Shown here: in pieces, positions 49,950 to 63,399 of the stretch
How positions within the stretch are numbered: position 1 is the stretch's first letter
How the letters are laid out: every line of letters starts with the position of its first letter
Source: Narcine bancroftii
Lineage: Eukaryota
Length of the DNA: 64,000 bases
Direction: 5' to 3'
Assembly: GCF_036971445.1 (NCBI RefSeq)
Contig: NC_091469.1
Location: 446,834,001 to 446,898,000 of the forward strand
Program-made: the position numbers and the translations under genes
Notes under the pieces: model-generated
What the model saw: only the letters and a program-made list of their open reading frames with translations
Databases searched by the model: none
Told to the model about the DNA's origin: nothing

Positions 49950-52175
49950 ATGACCATAATGTCATTGTTTTCAAGGTACTTATGGATAAGGATAGGTCTG
50001 GTCCTCAAGTTGATGTTCTAAATTGAAGAAAGGCCAATTTTGTGGAAATGAGAAAGGATCTCGGAAGAGTCGATTGGAATAAGCTGTTTTCTGGCAAGGA
50101 TGTATCCAGCAAGAGGAAGGCATTCAAAGGCGAGATTTTGAGGGTGCAGAGTTTGCATGTTCCTACCAGGATTAAAGGCAAAACTAACAGGCATAGGGAA
50201 CCTTGGTTTTCAAAGGATATTTCTGATATGATTAAGAAGAGAGAGGTGTATAACCAATATTGGCAACAAGGAGCAAATGAGATACTTGGAGAGTATAGAA
50301 AATGTAAGAGAATAATAAAGAAGGAAATAAGGAAGGCAAAAAGAAGGAATGAGGGTGCTTTGGTAGATAATTTGAAGGTAAATCCAAAGGGTTTCTATGT
50401 ATATTAAGAGTAAGAAGGTAACAAGGGACAAAATTGGTCCCCTAGAGAATCAGAGTAGTCAACTATGTTTGGAACCTCGCGGAATGGGAGAGATCTTAAA
50501 CAGTTTTTTTTGCATCATTATTTACTTAGGAAACTGGCACAGTGCCATACAGATGGAAGGGAAACAAATGTCATGAAACATATGGAGATTAAGGAGGAGG
50601 AGGTGATTGCTGCCTTACAGCAAATAAAGGTAGACAAATCCCCTGGGCTGGATATGATATTCCATGGACCTTGAGGGAGACAAGTGTTGAAATTTCAGGG
50701 GCCCTGATGGAATTATTCAAAATGTCCTTAGCCATGGGAGAGGTGCCGGAAGATTGGAGAGTAGCTCATGTAGTCCCGGTATTTAAGAAAGGTTCCAAAA
50801 GTAAACCAAGTAACTATAGGTCGGTGAGCCTGACATCAGTAGTTGGTAAATAATTGGAAGGAGTTCTGAGAGATAGGATATATAGATGTTTGGACAGCCA
50901 AGGCTTAATTAAGGACAGTCAGCATGGCTTTGTGCATGGTAGGTCATGTTTAACAAATCTTGTAGAATTTTTCGAGGAAGTTACCTAGAAGGTAGATGAA
51001 GGAAAGGCTGTGGATGTTGACTACATAGACTTTAGAGAGGCCTTCGACAAGGTCCCACATGGGAGGTTAGTTCAGAAGGTTAAGACATTAAGTGTACAAA
51101 GAGGGGTTGTAAACTGGATTTGACATTGGCTGAGTTGGAGAAAACAGAGAGTGGTAGTGGATAGTTGCTTCTCAGACTGGAGGCCTGTGAAGAGTGGTGT
51201 GCCTCAGGGATTTGTGTTGGGACCATTGTTTTTTTTTGTCTATATCAATGATCTGGATGATAACGTGGTAAATTGGATCAGCAAGTCTGCTGATGACACA
51301 AAGATAGGATGCGTAGTAGACAGCGAGGAAGATTTTCAAAGCTTGCAGAGGGATTTGGACCAACTGGGAGAATGGACCAGTAAATAAATGGATGATGGAG
51401 TTTAATGCAGAAAAGTGTGAGGTATTGCATTTTGGAAGAGCAAATCAAGGAAGGGTGTACACTGTAAATGGTAGGGCACTGAAGAGTGCAGAGGAGCAAA
51501 GAGATGTTGGGATACAGGTACATAGTTCACTGAAGGTGGCATCACAGGTGGACAGGGTTGTAAAGAAACTTTTGGCATCTTAGCCTTTATAAATCAGAGT
51601 ATTGAGTATAGAAGTTGGGATGTTATGTTGAAGTTATTTAAGAAATTGGTGAGGCCAAATCTGGAGTATTGTGTGCAGTTCTGGTTGCCTAGCTACAGGA
51701 AGGTTATCAATAAGATTGAAAGAGTGCAGAGAGGATTTACTAAGATGTTGCTGGGTCTTCAATAGTTGACTTACAGGGAAAGATTAAACAGGTTAGGACT
51801 TTATTCCTTGAAATTAAGAAGAATAAGAGGAGATTTGATAGAAGTTTACAAAATTATGAGGCGTATAGACAGAGTAAATGCAAGTAGGCTCTTTCCACTT
51901 AGATTAGGAGAGATAAATACGTGAGGACATGGCTTTAGAGTGAAAGGGGAAAACTTTAGGGGGAACTTCTTCACTCAGAGAGTTATGAGAGTGTGGAATG
52001 AGCTTCCATCTGATGTGGTGGGTGCAGACTTGATCTTGAGTTTTAAAAATAAATTGGATAGATACATGGATGGGAGAGGGTTATGGAATGGGAGCAGGTT
52101 ATTGGGACTAGCTGAACAATGGACATCACAGACCAGAAGGGCCAAATGGCCTGTTTTCTGACCCGTGGTGTTCCA
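49950..52175 (+). mobile_element. CR1 LINE ORF2 3' two-thirds
   Basis: VPEDWRVAHVVPVFKKG..NYRSVSLTSVVGK, SGVPQG, ADDTK, FNAEKCEVLHFG; CR1 3' tail. Confidence 0.92.
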
Positions 52176-52376
52176 AGGTTAAACAGATAGGTAGAGAATG
52201 TCCTGATGGAAAACCTTGTGGTAGAATTTTTGAATTTAAAGTACATCGATTTTATACACACTATGTACAAAACTCACGGCAGGTGATTAATGCAATTTCA
52301 TCAATTATAATTACACAATTTAGATTAGGATTAGGAGAGATAAATATGTGAGGACATGGCTTTAGAGTGAAAGAAG

Positions 52377-52436
52377 AAAAGTTTAGGGGGAACTTTAAAA
52401 GTTTAGGGGGAACTTTAAAAGTTTAGGGGGAACTTT
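52377..52436. repeat. 20-bp x3 tandem repeat in a duplicated CR1 piece
   Basis: AAAAGTTTAGGGGGAACTTT x3. Confidence 0.95.
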
Positions 52437-52779
52437 ACTTTGGGCGTGCAAAAATGGTTCTATAAAATTACATAATTTGGAATAAGAGCACACCATAATT
52501 GACAAGACCAACACTGACTATGCAAGCACTTCTGTTGGATGAGCAAACAAAACTACAGATAATCAGAGTATAATAAATGTGAATATATCTGATATGTCAA
52601 GAGGAAGATTAATGGGTGCCAACTATGTGAACTGCTATGTTCTAGATGAAGGCAAGCTTCTTGAGAATTGTTGATGGCACTTATCCAGACAAGTGGGGAG
52701 TATTACATTATACTTCTTACTTCCTTTGCAGATGGTGAAAAGGCTTCAGGATGTCAAGAGCTGCTACATCTGCAGGTAT

Positions 52780-53130
52780 CTATGTGACTGCAATGCAAAA
52801 TGTGCTGGAGAAATTCAACAGGTCATGTAGCATCAATAGGAAGTGAAGTGTAACCACTGTTTTGGGCCTGAGTCCTTCATCAAGGTAGGAACAAAAATCG
52901 GGCAGGCGCATGAGTAAAAATGTGGGGAGTGGAGAGGAGGAGAGAGGAAGGGGCAGGGGGAGGACCACAGGCTAACAGGCAAGAAATATTAGGTAGATAT
53001 AGGTAGGAGGTCAGAAGAAGAAGAAAGCTGAGAAGGGATGGGGAGAGGGTAGCACTCTGATAGGAAGGGAAGGGTGGGGAGATGGAGAATAGGAAAAGAG
53101 AGACATTTGGGGGAGGGGCTTATCAGAAAT
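52780..53130 (-). mobile_element. Penelope pLTR fragment with a decayed hammerhead
   Basis: Minus strand CCTTGATGAAGGACTCAGGCCCAAAACAG plus a polypurine/pyrimidine tract. Confidence 0.65.
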
Positions 53131-55584
53131 AGTTGATTGCCGCAGTTTACGTTCAGCCTTTGAAGCATGAAAAAGCTTTCTAGTGTATATGTGAAGTCCA
53201 GATGATTGCATGATTGTAGCTGGTGTCTTCAATCACACCAACCCGATAAGTGTTCTACCACAGTTTCAACACCATGTCAACATCACCACCTGAGGAGAGA
53301 ACACGCAACATCAAGTGTATACCTGTTGTGTACAAGGCTGCCCCTCACCCTTCACGTTAGATTCTCAGACCATATATCCTTTCTGCTAACCCTCACTTAC
53401 AGACTGCTGGTAAAAACGAATGAAGCTAGTGCATAGGGAGTTCAGAGTGTGGCCGGGAGTGGGGAGGGGATGGATGGGTAGAGGGCACACAGCGCTACCG
53501 GACCACTTTGAGACAACAGACTGGAACTACCTCAGGGCAGTAGGCACCCACATGACTACGTAAAAATCAATGAGTACATTAACAAGTGGATTGAGGATTC
53601 TACAGTGATGAAATGCTGCACAACCAAGGAATCATGCAGAGGTCTGTGTATAGCTCAGAGATTAAATGTAGCCTTCAGAACAGGAATCCAGAGCTTCCGA
53701 TACCCAATCCTCCCCTCGCCCTACCTCCAGAGTGCGTGAGCAGTAGTAGGCCGAGGGGAGGGTTCGTAATCGGCATTGGGAGCTCCAATGTGCCAAGGAG
53801 GGAGGGAGGGAAGGGGATAAGAGGGAAGGTAATGCCACTGAGCCTGAGGTCCTGCTCCTGCTCGGGAGGTCGCTCTCCTTGATGATGCCAGGACAAGGGA
53901 TTCTTCCGATCGCTTGCAGCTGGGAGACAGTGGCACACAGTTTGAGAGGGAGAGTTGGAGAGAAAAGTCAATAGGGGAAGGTAAAGAAGAAATTAAAAGA
54001 GAGAGGGAGCGAGTTACCTGAAATGAGGACAATCGTCGTTCTAATTTCTTATTAGGTGAATTTTTTTTCAACCTGTGAGGTCAGTTTGGCTCTATAAAAA
54101 TTTTGGATAAGTAAGGATTTCTGATTTGTTTTGAATATCCTCATTTATCTGAAGTTTTTTTTAAAAATTGGATAAATTAGGATTTCAGAGAATCCAATTT
54201 CAGATAATCGGAGTTGTACATAATTTTAAAGCCTTAATTTTATTGATAAAACTGCACAATTCAGAATGTCAGGAATAGAGGGGCTTTGGTTTAAATGATG
54301 CCATTGCCAAAATTTACACATTATCGCCTCTCAAACTAACAGTCATTTCCCACGCATAAAGACTAGAATAGTATTTATGTGAAAACACCATCATCTCTTT
54401 GGCTATGTAAAAGAAAATGGCAGCATTGCTGGAGTTGCAAGGGGAGTGGAAGCAAAGACTCCCTCGTGGGGTCCAGCTGCCCAGTCCATCTTCTGGCAGC
54501 TCCTTACAGGCTTTAAATGGTCTGTTAAAGGAGCTGACGGTGGTTTATTTTAAAATCCTGTGACCATGGGGGTCTGAGCCCTTGAGGGGTTGCCGACTCT
54601 TGGGAAACATGGACTGACGGAAGGCACCAGAAAACAGGGAGACCACCCACTGTTTGAGAAGGAGAATTAGACCCACGAACCAGAATAACACACAGGCAGA
54701 GGGCTGTTAGTGTCCCAAGGTGAGGAACCCATGCAGGATGCAGGTTGCTGTCAATTGCGGTCAAGGACATGCACCAAACTGCGACCTGGTGGAGACTGGC
54801 TCAAGACTGGCTGACGGGGTACCAGGTATCAGAATTAAGATGCAAAATGGTGCTGAGGGCACTGAGAGCTTCCTGATGATTTTAGAGGTTTGGATCTGGA
54901 GCTCAGATTGCTGATGGTTTGGAATCTTGGACTGAAGGTTGTGTAGCTGGAGGCAAATCCATGGACACTCAATGACTGAGGGGACTCTCTTTTGTTTCTC
55001 TTTCTCTGACTGTAAGGGGTGCAGTACAGTTTCTGCTGATGTCGAATCTTTGTCTGGCTTATGGTAGAGTTAAGGAAATTTTGTGTTTTATTACATGACA
55101 ATAAAAGAATTTTGAATTCTTGTTTGTAAAAAAACAAATTTTCTAAAGGCATTTAGGAATAGTCAATAAATTTTAACTTCTCCAGTGATGACCACACCTC
55201 AAGACTTAAATTCTGAAAGTATTTATGCTGTTTGAAATTTAGTTCCCAGTGAACAAATATTTGCAGGCAAAAAATTACCAAGTAGGATTGTCCTTGCGGC
55301 CAAAAGCACACCAGCTACTATTGGTGGCCACGGTAACAAATCTAGACCCAAAGCAATCTGTACTCCAGCAAGAAGATGTCAGTAGTAGCGGGTCCACATG
55401 TGATGCAGTGGGATAGTCAAGCCCCAAAATCCCCCCACAGCTTTGACATTTGACTAAATTTGCTAGGAATAACCATGAATTTTAAGAACCTAAGCCTAAA
55501 TTAATAAGAAACAACTGAAAATGCAGAAAATTTAGAGATTTGTTGTGCCAACACGTGGGGCTGAGTATGGGTGATTCTGGCAAA

Positions 55585-56960
55585 GATCAGAATCAGATTG
55601 TCATGAACAAGTCAGGAAATTCATTGTTTTGCTGCATGACCAGTGCTGTAAACCACCTTCCAAAAATAAATAAAAATCCACAAAAAGTAAGGCAGTGTCT
55701 TTGGTTCATTGATCATTCAGGAATCTGATGGCAGTGGAGAAGAAACTATCCTTGCACTCCTGAGTGCTCAGCTTTAAGCTCATGTACCTTTTTCCTGATA
55801 GTAGCAGAGTGAAGTAGGCATGGCCTAGGTGGTGAGGGTCCTTGAGGATAGAGGCTGATAAGTAGACTGAGGAATTTGGTACTCTCTACTTTCTCCACCT
55901 CCGAGCTATTAATGTGTGCTTGAGTGCGGTCATTCCAGGTCCTCCTGAAGTCCACGATCATCTCCCTTGTCTTGACCACATTGAGACTCGGGTTGTTATT
56001 CGTACCAGATCATAAAGTTTTCCACTTCTTCTCTGTAGTGTGACTCATCGTTGTTGCTGAAGAGGCCAACCGTAGTTGGGTTATCTGCGAACATGATGAC
56101 TTTGTTGGAGCTGGACCTGGCAGACATGGGTCAGTGGCAAAAACAGGAGTGGGCTGAGCATACAGTCCTGAGGTTCTCCGGTGCCCAGCGTGACGGTGCT
56201 GCACCATCTGCTGCTGACCCAGAATGACTGTGATCTTTCCGTTAGGAAGTTCAGAATCCAGTTACAGATAGAATTGTCAAGTCCCAGTGAGGACAGCTTC
56301 ACCACCAGCTGAAGTCGATGAACAGCAACCTTGCGTTATGATGCTTTGTTCTCCAGGTAGGTCAGGACAAAGTGGAGGGACGAGACTATAGCATCTTCAG
56401 TGGAATGGATCCGTCTATAGGTTAATTGAAATGGGTCAAATATCTCGAGGAGGTCCATTTTGATCACCAGACGCTCAAAGGATTTCATAATGGTGGAGAT
56501 ACTAGTCATTGATGTCTGTTACTGTCACCCTCTTGGATACTGGGGATGGTAGTGGCTGTCTTAAAACCCATGGAGACTATGGACTGCTCCAGTGACGCAT
56601 TGAAGATGTCCTTAAGGACCTCCGTCAGTTGATCTGTCCAGTCCTTCAGTACCCAATCAGGTATGTCATCAGGTCCCATTGTGAGGGGACCTGATTGGGG
56701 ACTTGGATTGGGTTCCCACCTTGGCCTATTCATCAGAGGGACATTGAGCTTTCTTTGGCCTCATCAAACTGTGTTTCGAATATGTTCAGTCTGTGTGGAA
56801 GGGAGGCATCATTCTCCTTAACTTACCCAGTTGTCTTGTGATCTGTTATGATCTTTATCCCTTACCAAATGAGGTTCATGTCACCGGTATCGCACAACTG
56901 CAAAGCGATCTTCTGTGCAGACTCAGACTTTGCCTTCCAGATTGCCCAGGAGAGTTCAGC
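55585..56960 (-). mobile_element. Rex1/Babar-like LINE fragment
   Basis: GPDDIPDWVLKDW.DQL..VLKDIFNASL; ICNWILNFLTERSQ; KTREMIVDFRR. Confidence 0.8.
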
Positions 56961-58682
56961 CCTGTAATCTCAGTAAAATTAGGGCCATTATGAATGATTC
57001 TGTTTCAAAATTTAGAAATACAGCACAGTAACAGGCCCTTCCAGCCCCCGAATCTGTGACACCCAAATACCCCAATTGAACTACAACCCCTCTATGCTTT
57101 GAAGGGTGGGAGGTAACTGGAGCACCAGCAGGAAACCCACAGAGACATGGGGAAAATATAGTGCTGTAAATAGTGTTGCTCTTACTGCTCAGCTAATGAT
57201 GCAATTCTATCAGCACTTAACTCATGGGGTAGCATTCTTTATTGTGTCAGTCTATATAGTAAAGGCAAGCTATTGTTATTGGTATATCCTTCCCCCTCTC
57301 AGGAAAAGTGTGAATGTGTTGATCTCATATTTTTCAATAAAACTCAGTGAACTAAACGATGTCCTATCTCATAAGAAAAAAGTGAAGATTTCAAACTGGG
57401 ATCTTCCTGGTCTGTAGAATGTGGTAAAATATATATGCAATGGTAAAATAAAAGGGAACTGATATAAGGCAGGCAATGGCTTCACAATCGTTTATACTAC
57501 CCTGGAGCACAAAAGACAAAATGAAACCTCAGTAGTGGAAAACCTGAGTTGTGGAATCAGCCACTCTGAATCAGAAGTAACAAGGCTAAATGCAGATTGA
57601 GCTATCCCCTCATCTGTCCATTACATCTCCTTACGTGCAAAGCAGTAACAATTCTGACATCAGCCATTCTGTTGAATATAATAATTATTAGGTATTACTG
57701 AGGCAGTACATTTTGCTGAAACTGAAACGGGTTTTTTGTGGTGGATTCCTGTCCACTAGAAACACCGTTTAGTCCATTCCTAAAGCAGAACCCAAAAGAG
57801 GGTTCTAACTGTACTATGATTATACTGGAGGTTCTGGCGTCATCAACCTGAATGGTTAACATTGGATTCGGCTATGTGGACAGCCTGCCTTTCTATGTTA
57901 TGGGAATCACCACTTCAATTTGAACTGGTTCTGATTTCAACTTTGCTTGTAGAGGCATTGGAGACATTTATTTCTGGCCCATGGTCTTCTCTGAACTTTT
58001 TGTTGGTTGCCAAACAGAAAAGAACAGCACAGGAGCATGCCCTTCAGCCCACTATCTCTGATCTGATCTGATACCAAATTAAACTAATCCCACCTGCCTG
58101 CACATGGTTGGTATCCCTGTATTCCCTGCCTGTTCAAGTATTTATCTAAATGCCTCAAAAATTACTATCATGTCTACCTACCACTCAATGTACAACACTT
58201 GCATTGCTTATGTCCTTCTCACCTTAATCCTATGCCCTCCAATATTTGACATTTCCACCTGAAAAAAATTCTCTGACTATCTACTGTGCTTCTAATAATT
58301 TTATAAACTTCTGTTAAATGGTCTCTCATGTTTCAGAGAAAGCAATCCAATTTTGTTCAGCCTCTCCTGATGAACTCCATTCCAGGCAGCATGGAGCTTG
58401 ACAGCATAGAAACAGGCCCTTTGGCCCAACTCGTCCATGCCAATCAAATTGCTCACCTAAATTATCTCACACTTGACCCATATTGCTTTAACCCTTGGTT
58501 TATCTATGTACCTGTCCAAATGAAATATCTTTAGCGGTTATTATTTAATTACCTTGCATAGATTAGTTATTAGTTACCTTGTGTAGATTAGTTATGGCAG
58601 GAAACCATTCAGCTCATCAAATTTATTCTTGAAACTATATTTGGTTATCAAGTAACAATAGGGCTTTCTGCTTTTCTAAATG

Positions 58683-59049
58683 CAGTTGTCCTCAACTTTT
58701 TTTTCTTTCCTCTCACATACCACTTTGAGTATTCCCTATGGCATAGGTGCTCTGTGATTACTAAAGATGGTATGTGGGTAGAAAGCAAAAAATTTGAAAA
58801 ACACCGTTTTAATTGAACCGAATGGACTCGTTATGTGCATGGTTTCATAACTCCAAAGGAAACGGGCCAATGACAATTTTTCTCAAGCAAAATATTTCAG
58901 TAACAATTGGGTCTAGAGCAGTGATTCTCAACCTTCCCTTCCCACTCACATACCACCTTAAGCAATCCCTTACTCATCACAGGACACCAATGGCATAAGG
59001 ATTACTGAAAGTGATATATGAGTGGAAAGAAAGAGGTTGAGAACCACTG
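58683..59049. mobile_element. Second copy of the composite hAT MITE, opposite orientation
   Basis: Reverse-complement match to 3302-3677, including the spacer (TTTTTCTCAAGCAAAATATTTCAGTA). Confidence 0.85.
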
Positions 59050-59399
59050 GTTTTTAACCACTTTCTGCATAGCTACATTAACTTGGTTGTGGTTAAACAT
59101 TCAAATTCTTATCACTGTTAATTTCATAGGATAATTAATTTGTGCAGCAAAATCCCCTAAACAAAAAGAAGATAAACTGCAGACACCTCCAGGCATTAGA
59201 AAGATGCCAAAAATGTTATCTCTGCAAAATCCTTCAAATTCACCATTGTGTCCACTGCAGATCTGAGGAGTAAATGTTGCCTGTGACTAAATTGGATGGC
59301 TGTTGTACAACTGCAATCAGTTGGACTTGAGGAAGGGCGAGGTCCATGGCAGTTTTTGCACCTATCTGGACACATCCACATAGATGGATGGAGAGTCAC

Positions 59400-60500
59400 G
59401 ATCGCCCACGCCCAAACGGCAAGTTACATGAACGACTCTTAAGTCTGCAGGGAAAAGACACACAATCTAACCCTATCCACAATTCCTCAACCACCCTTCT
59501 CTCACGACTGTATCGTGATCCCACTCTTTTCGCTGGCGATGGAGGGAGGAAGAGAGAGAGAGAGCGCGCAAGAGGATGGGAATCTTTTCAGTCCTCTGCG
59601 ACATCACAGACACAATCTTCATTGATCCTTCAGAACCAAGGTGATTTCTTTATATATATTGAAAGCTCCGAGGAGTTAAATTCAGCTGAATTGAAACCGG
59701 GACTTCCCATTTATAATGCGATACGGGGGAAGTACATGACCTTTCTGTTCATTTGAAGTGGAACAACTGGTTATAGAATATATCTATATTCCCTGCTTTT
59801 TGAACAATAGCATTTTGTCAAGTAGAGTGAACACACGCGTAAAAACGTTGGCTAACCCGCTTTGCCTGGAGAAACCAACAGTCCAAAAACAAAATGTTGA
59901 CGAGTTTCGTTCGATTCACTTGTGAACAGCGATGAGATGAAAAGCGTCTAGACATCAACGCTTTGCGTGCAGAGTGAACCAGGCACTGACGCCAGTGTTG
60001 AGAGCGAATTCCCCGTGATCTCTTCCATCGGGATGAGCAATTTACCTTTGGGAATGAACATCGGGTGACCTAGCGAGACAGGCAGCCTTTCTCGGCTTCC
60101 AGGAACCTCAGTAGATCTCGTCATGACGCAAATTAAATCACATCGGTGTATGGCCGTGGTGCAAACAGACGTCCGGTATTCCGCTGAACATCCGACTGAA
60201 ACGTTGGGGGTGACCACGTAACTCGCACCGAATAGCAGGAATGACATAAAAGCAAAAACTGTGAATCCCGTCTGTTTGAAGCAGCCACTCCGCTCTCCCA
60301 GTGTCCAAACTTTCCAGTATCTGGGTGTAACACATGGAGGGGGTTGGAAATAGGTCAGGAATTCCCAAATAACATGGGCGTTCGTATTTTGAGTGCTCCG
60401 TGTCAGCGTGACAGTCATTACAATTCAAGGTACTATCTGATCAAGATTCGATAGTGAAGACGCGGAAGCACTGGTTTCCCAATGGGGGAAATTTGAGAAG
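59400..60500. promoter_or_regulatory. Non-repetitive CpG-enriched region with NF-kB-like motifs; candidate promoter
   Basis: GGGACTTCCC at 59699-59708 next to TTTATAA; GAATTCCCC near 60006; GGAATTCCC near 60358; CpG content above background. Confidence 0.45.
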
Positions 60501-60669
60501 TAATATCGGACTCTCCAGGCCACCAAGGAGAGAAATCTGGAAGGGGGGGGGGGGGGGGGTTGGAATACTTGCACATAAAAGGAACAGAAATGTGTGGAAA
60601 ATTGCAGAAAGTCTGAATTCCCTTCAGAAAATATGTGCATTGCGGACCTGTTGGGTATATCCTGCAGCC

Positions 60670-61150
60670 TTGCATTTCAGTCATGAACAAGTTAGGAAAT
60701 TCGTTGTTTTGTGGCAGCGTCACAGTGGAAACATTCATATTAACCACCTTACAAAAATAAATAAAAAATAGTGCACGCAACTCAAAGTCAGGCAGTGTCT
60801 TTGGTTCATTGATTATTCAGGAATCTGATGGCAGCGGGGAAGAAGCTGTCCTTATGCCGCCGAGTGCTCTTTTCAGACTCCTGTACCTTTTTCTGATGAT
60901 AGCTGAATGAAGAGGGCATTGAGGTGGGGGCCATTGAGGATAGAGGCTGGATATCACAGACTGAGTTAACAACCCTCTGGGAATTTTTTTTCTTGGCCTG
61001 AGTGTCCGCACCTTAGCCTTAAATACCCTTGATCTCGCCCTCAGCAGGTCGTGAATCCTCTGATTCATCCAAGATTTCTGGTTGGGGAGCACATACTTCT
61101 TAATGAAGTCGATGACACGTTACATATTCATTCAAGTTTTTGGATGAGTT
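60670..61150 (-). mobile_element. Rex1-like LINE 3' end
   Basis: GCAGTGTCTTTGGTTCATTGATTATTCAGGAATCTGATGGCAG is shared with about 55690 and about 7335. Confidence 0.7.
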
Positions 61151-62174
61151 CTTGAATAGAGTCCATTCCACCGATTCAAAGCAGTCCTCCACCTCCCTTG
61201 ACCATACTTTTGGACCTTTTCAAGTTCTTTTCTCTATGCTCTTGCTGTTCTCATTTTCATACCTCAATCTGCACTGCAGATTTGACCTCATCCTATCAAA
61301 GATCTTCTATTTGTCCAATCCTTTCTTTCCCCACCTTCTCTGTAACCTAAAACTAACTTGTTTTCTTTCTTTCAGTTTTTACCAAGAGTAATTGATCCAA
61401 AATATTAACTTGGTGTCTCTTTCCACTGGTGCTGGATGGTCTGCTGAACATTTACAATATTTAAGCAGAAATCTGTTGTTCTTGACCCCATATGGTCATG
61501 GATGTTTAGAGAGTGGGCCATTCATGTCTGAGATAAACCTTTCACAAATTCCATCATTTGCCACATTTTCACTCTCGTCTGTGTTCAGTTCTGTTCCAAA
61601 ACCTGAAGAATTATCCCTCAAGCAAAGGCCTCAGCTCTATCTCAACAGTCAATGAATGTCAAATTCCATTGCAGGATTATCTTCTATTATCTTTTCATAT
61701 GAGAGCTAGATGTTAATTGCAGGACTGTTGGACATGCACAGCAAGTCAGACTGTTCTAGTAATTCCTGTTTATTTATTAGATTTCCAGTATTTGCATTAT
61801 CTTCCACACTACCCATCCATTCCCCCTCTTACAGTTCAATATTCAATTACCCTGCTCAGAGCTTGCATGCGTGTGCGCACGCACAAACACACACACACAC
61901 ACACACACACCCCCCCCTTAGTCTTTCCATCAGGTCTGTTAATATGACATGGAGTGCCTGGGAAAGGATATACGGTAATCATTATTTTGCTTATTATTCC
62001 AATAGATTTGGAGCTATTTGTTGAGTGCATGCATCAACTGTGTGTCGTGATACGTGGTAAGGTAGTCAATACCTCAGAGTCCTATAGGAGCCATGGATCA
62101 CTACAGCTCTATGAATCATGTTCTGGGTTTGAGGTTTTGACCCTCAAACATCCACTTCCTCTATAATAAATACA

Positions 62175-62400
62175 GACGGCACAGTTAGCATAACAGTAGG
62201 TGCAACACGATCATAGTGCCAGTGATCCGGGTACAAATCCAGTGCTCTCTGTAAGGAGTTTGTACTTTCTCCTTGTGTCTGTGTGGGATTCCTCAAGGCA
62301 CCAGTTTCTTCCTACCTTGCAAAACCTACAGGGGTTGTATTTGGATGGCCTGGGCTCATGGGCCAGAAAGGCCTGTTACTGTGCTGTATGTCTAAATTAA
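62175..62400 (+). mobile_element. HE1/V-SINE-like SINE
   Basis: GGCACAGTTAGCA...GTAAGGAGTTTGTAC...GAAAGGCCTGTTACTGTGCTGTA. Confidence 0.7.
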
Positions 62401-63399
62401 AAAGAAAGATGTAAAAGTCTCTGCCAATATACTACAGGCAGTCATTGATGTCTGCCTCTTCTGGGAGATGACTTCCCAAGATATACAATACAGTCACCAC
62501 ATTCCAAGATCTTGTCATGAACCTTTATTGTTGAAGGGAGATGTTGTGCACCTGAAGGCTGACATGCAGTGGAAGAAAAAAAAATCGTGTGATTTTATTG
62601 AATTAGGTGATAGACATAAAGGGCTGAATGACCTAATTCTACTTCTATTTCTGTAGTTCTCATTATACAGATGTAGATGCACAATGACAACTTCCAATTA
62701 TGTAGCACCTTTATTGTAACAAAAATTGTACGAGTATTATCAAACAAAGAAAATTGACAATGAATCATGTTGGAATATACTGGGTCATACGATTATAAGC
62801 ATGGGATATAATGGGTTGATTTTGAGGAGTGCTTTAAAGTAGGAAATAGAAATAAAGAAGCAGGAAGTTTTGGGTGGATTTCCAGTGCTCAGGATCTTAG
62901 CAGCTGAAGACGTGGATGTCAATATCAGACAATTGAAGAAAAACAGATATTATGGAGCGTTACAGACCTAGAGCTTTCATCAAAAATAGAGAGGAGTGAA
63001 GTCATACAAAAACTTGGACAGCAAGCGTGGGAGAAGAAGACAGGAAGCAGAGTTTCAGGTGACTTCAGAATAATGGAGAAGGCAGCAAAGATAACATGAT
63101 GATGAAGTGTTGTGGTGAAGGTGAAGAGATGAAAAATTCAGCAAATGCATAAACGGCCAGGATCTGGTTGTGCTGTGCAGAGGTAGAAATATACACTTTA
63201 ATAGTTGACTTGAATTTGAAGTCCAAAACTTAACTCAAGGTCTAATATGGCAGAAAGGATTAGTTTCAGAAAGTTGATAGGGAGAGGGGTAAATGGCTGG
63301 TGAATAGAGTTGGTGATAGAGATTAAAATCAAAGGCTTCATTTTTCCAAATATTTCTTCATTTATGGATCTGAAGCTGGCTTGGTCATAGAGGGCAATG

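Noticed and set aside
53690-55115. GC-richer stretch with short ORFs, a possible Tigger-like end and a LINE-like tail
   Set aside because: Looks repeat-derived, but I cannot assign a family or boundaries without a library search.
59948-60428. 156-aa and 96-aa minus-strand ORFs
   Set aside because: No similarity to any protein I recognise, including MAP3K8, and no convincing exon structure.
60543-60558. Poly-G runs (also near 15095, 20068, 20120 and 41786) as G-quadruplexes
   Set aside because: Simple homopolymers, mostly inside repeats and error-prone in assembly; no functional support.
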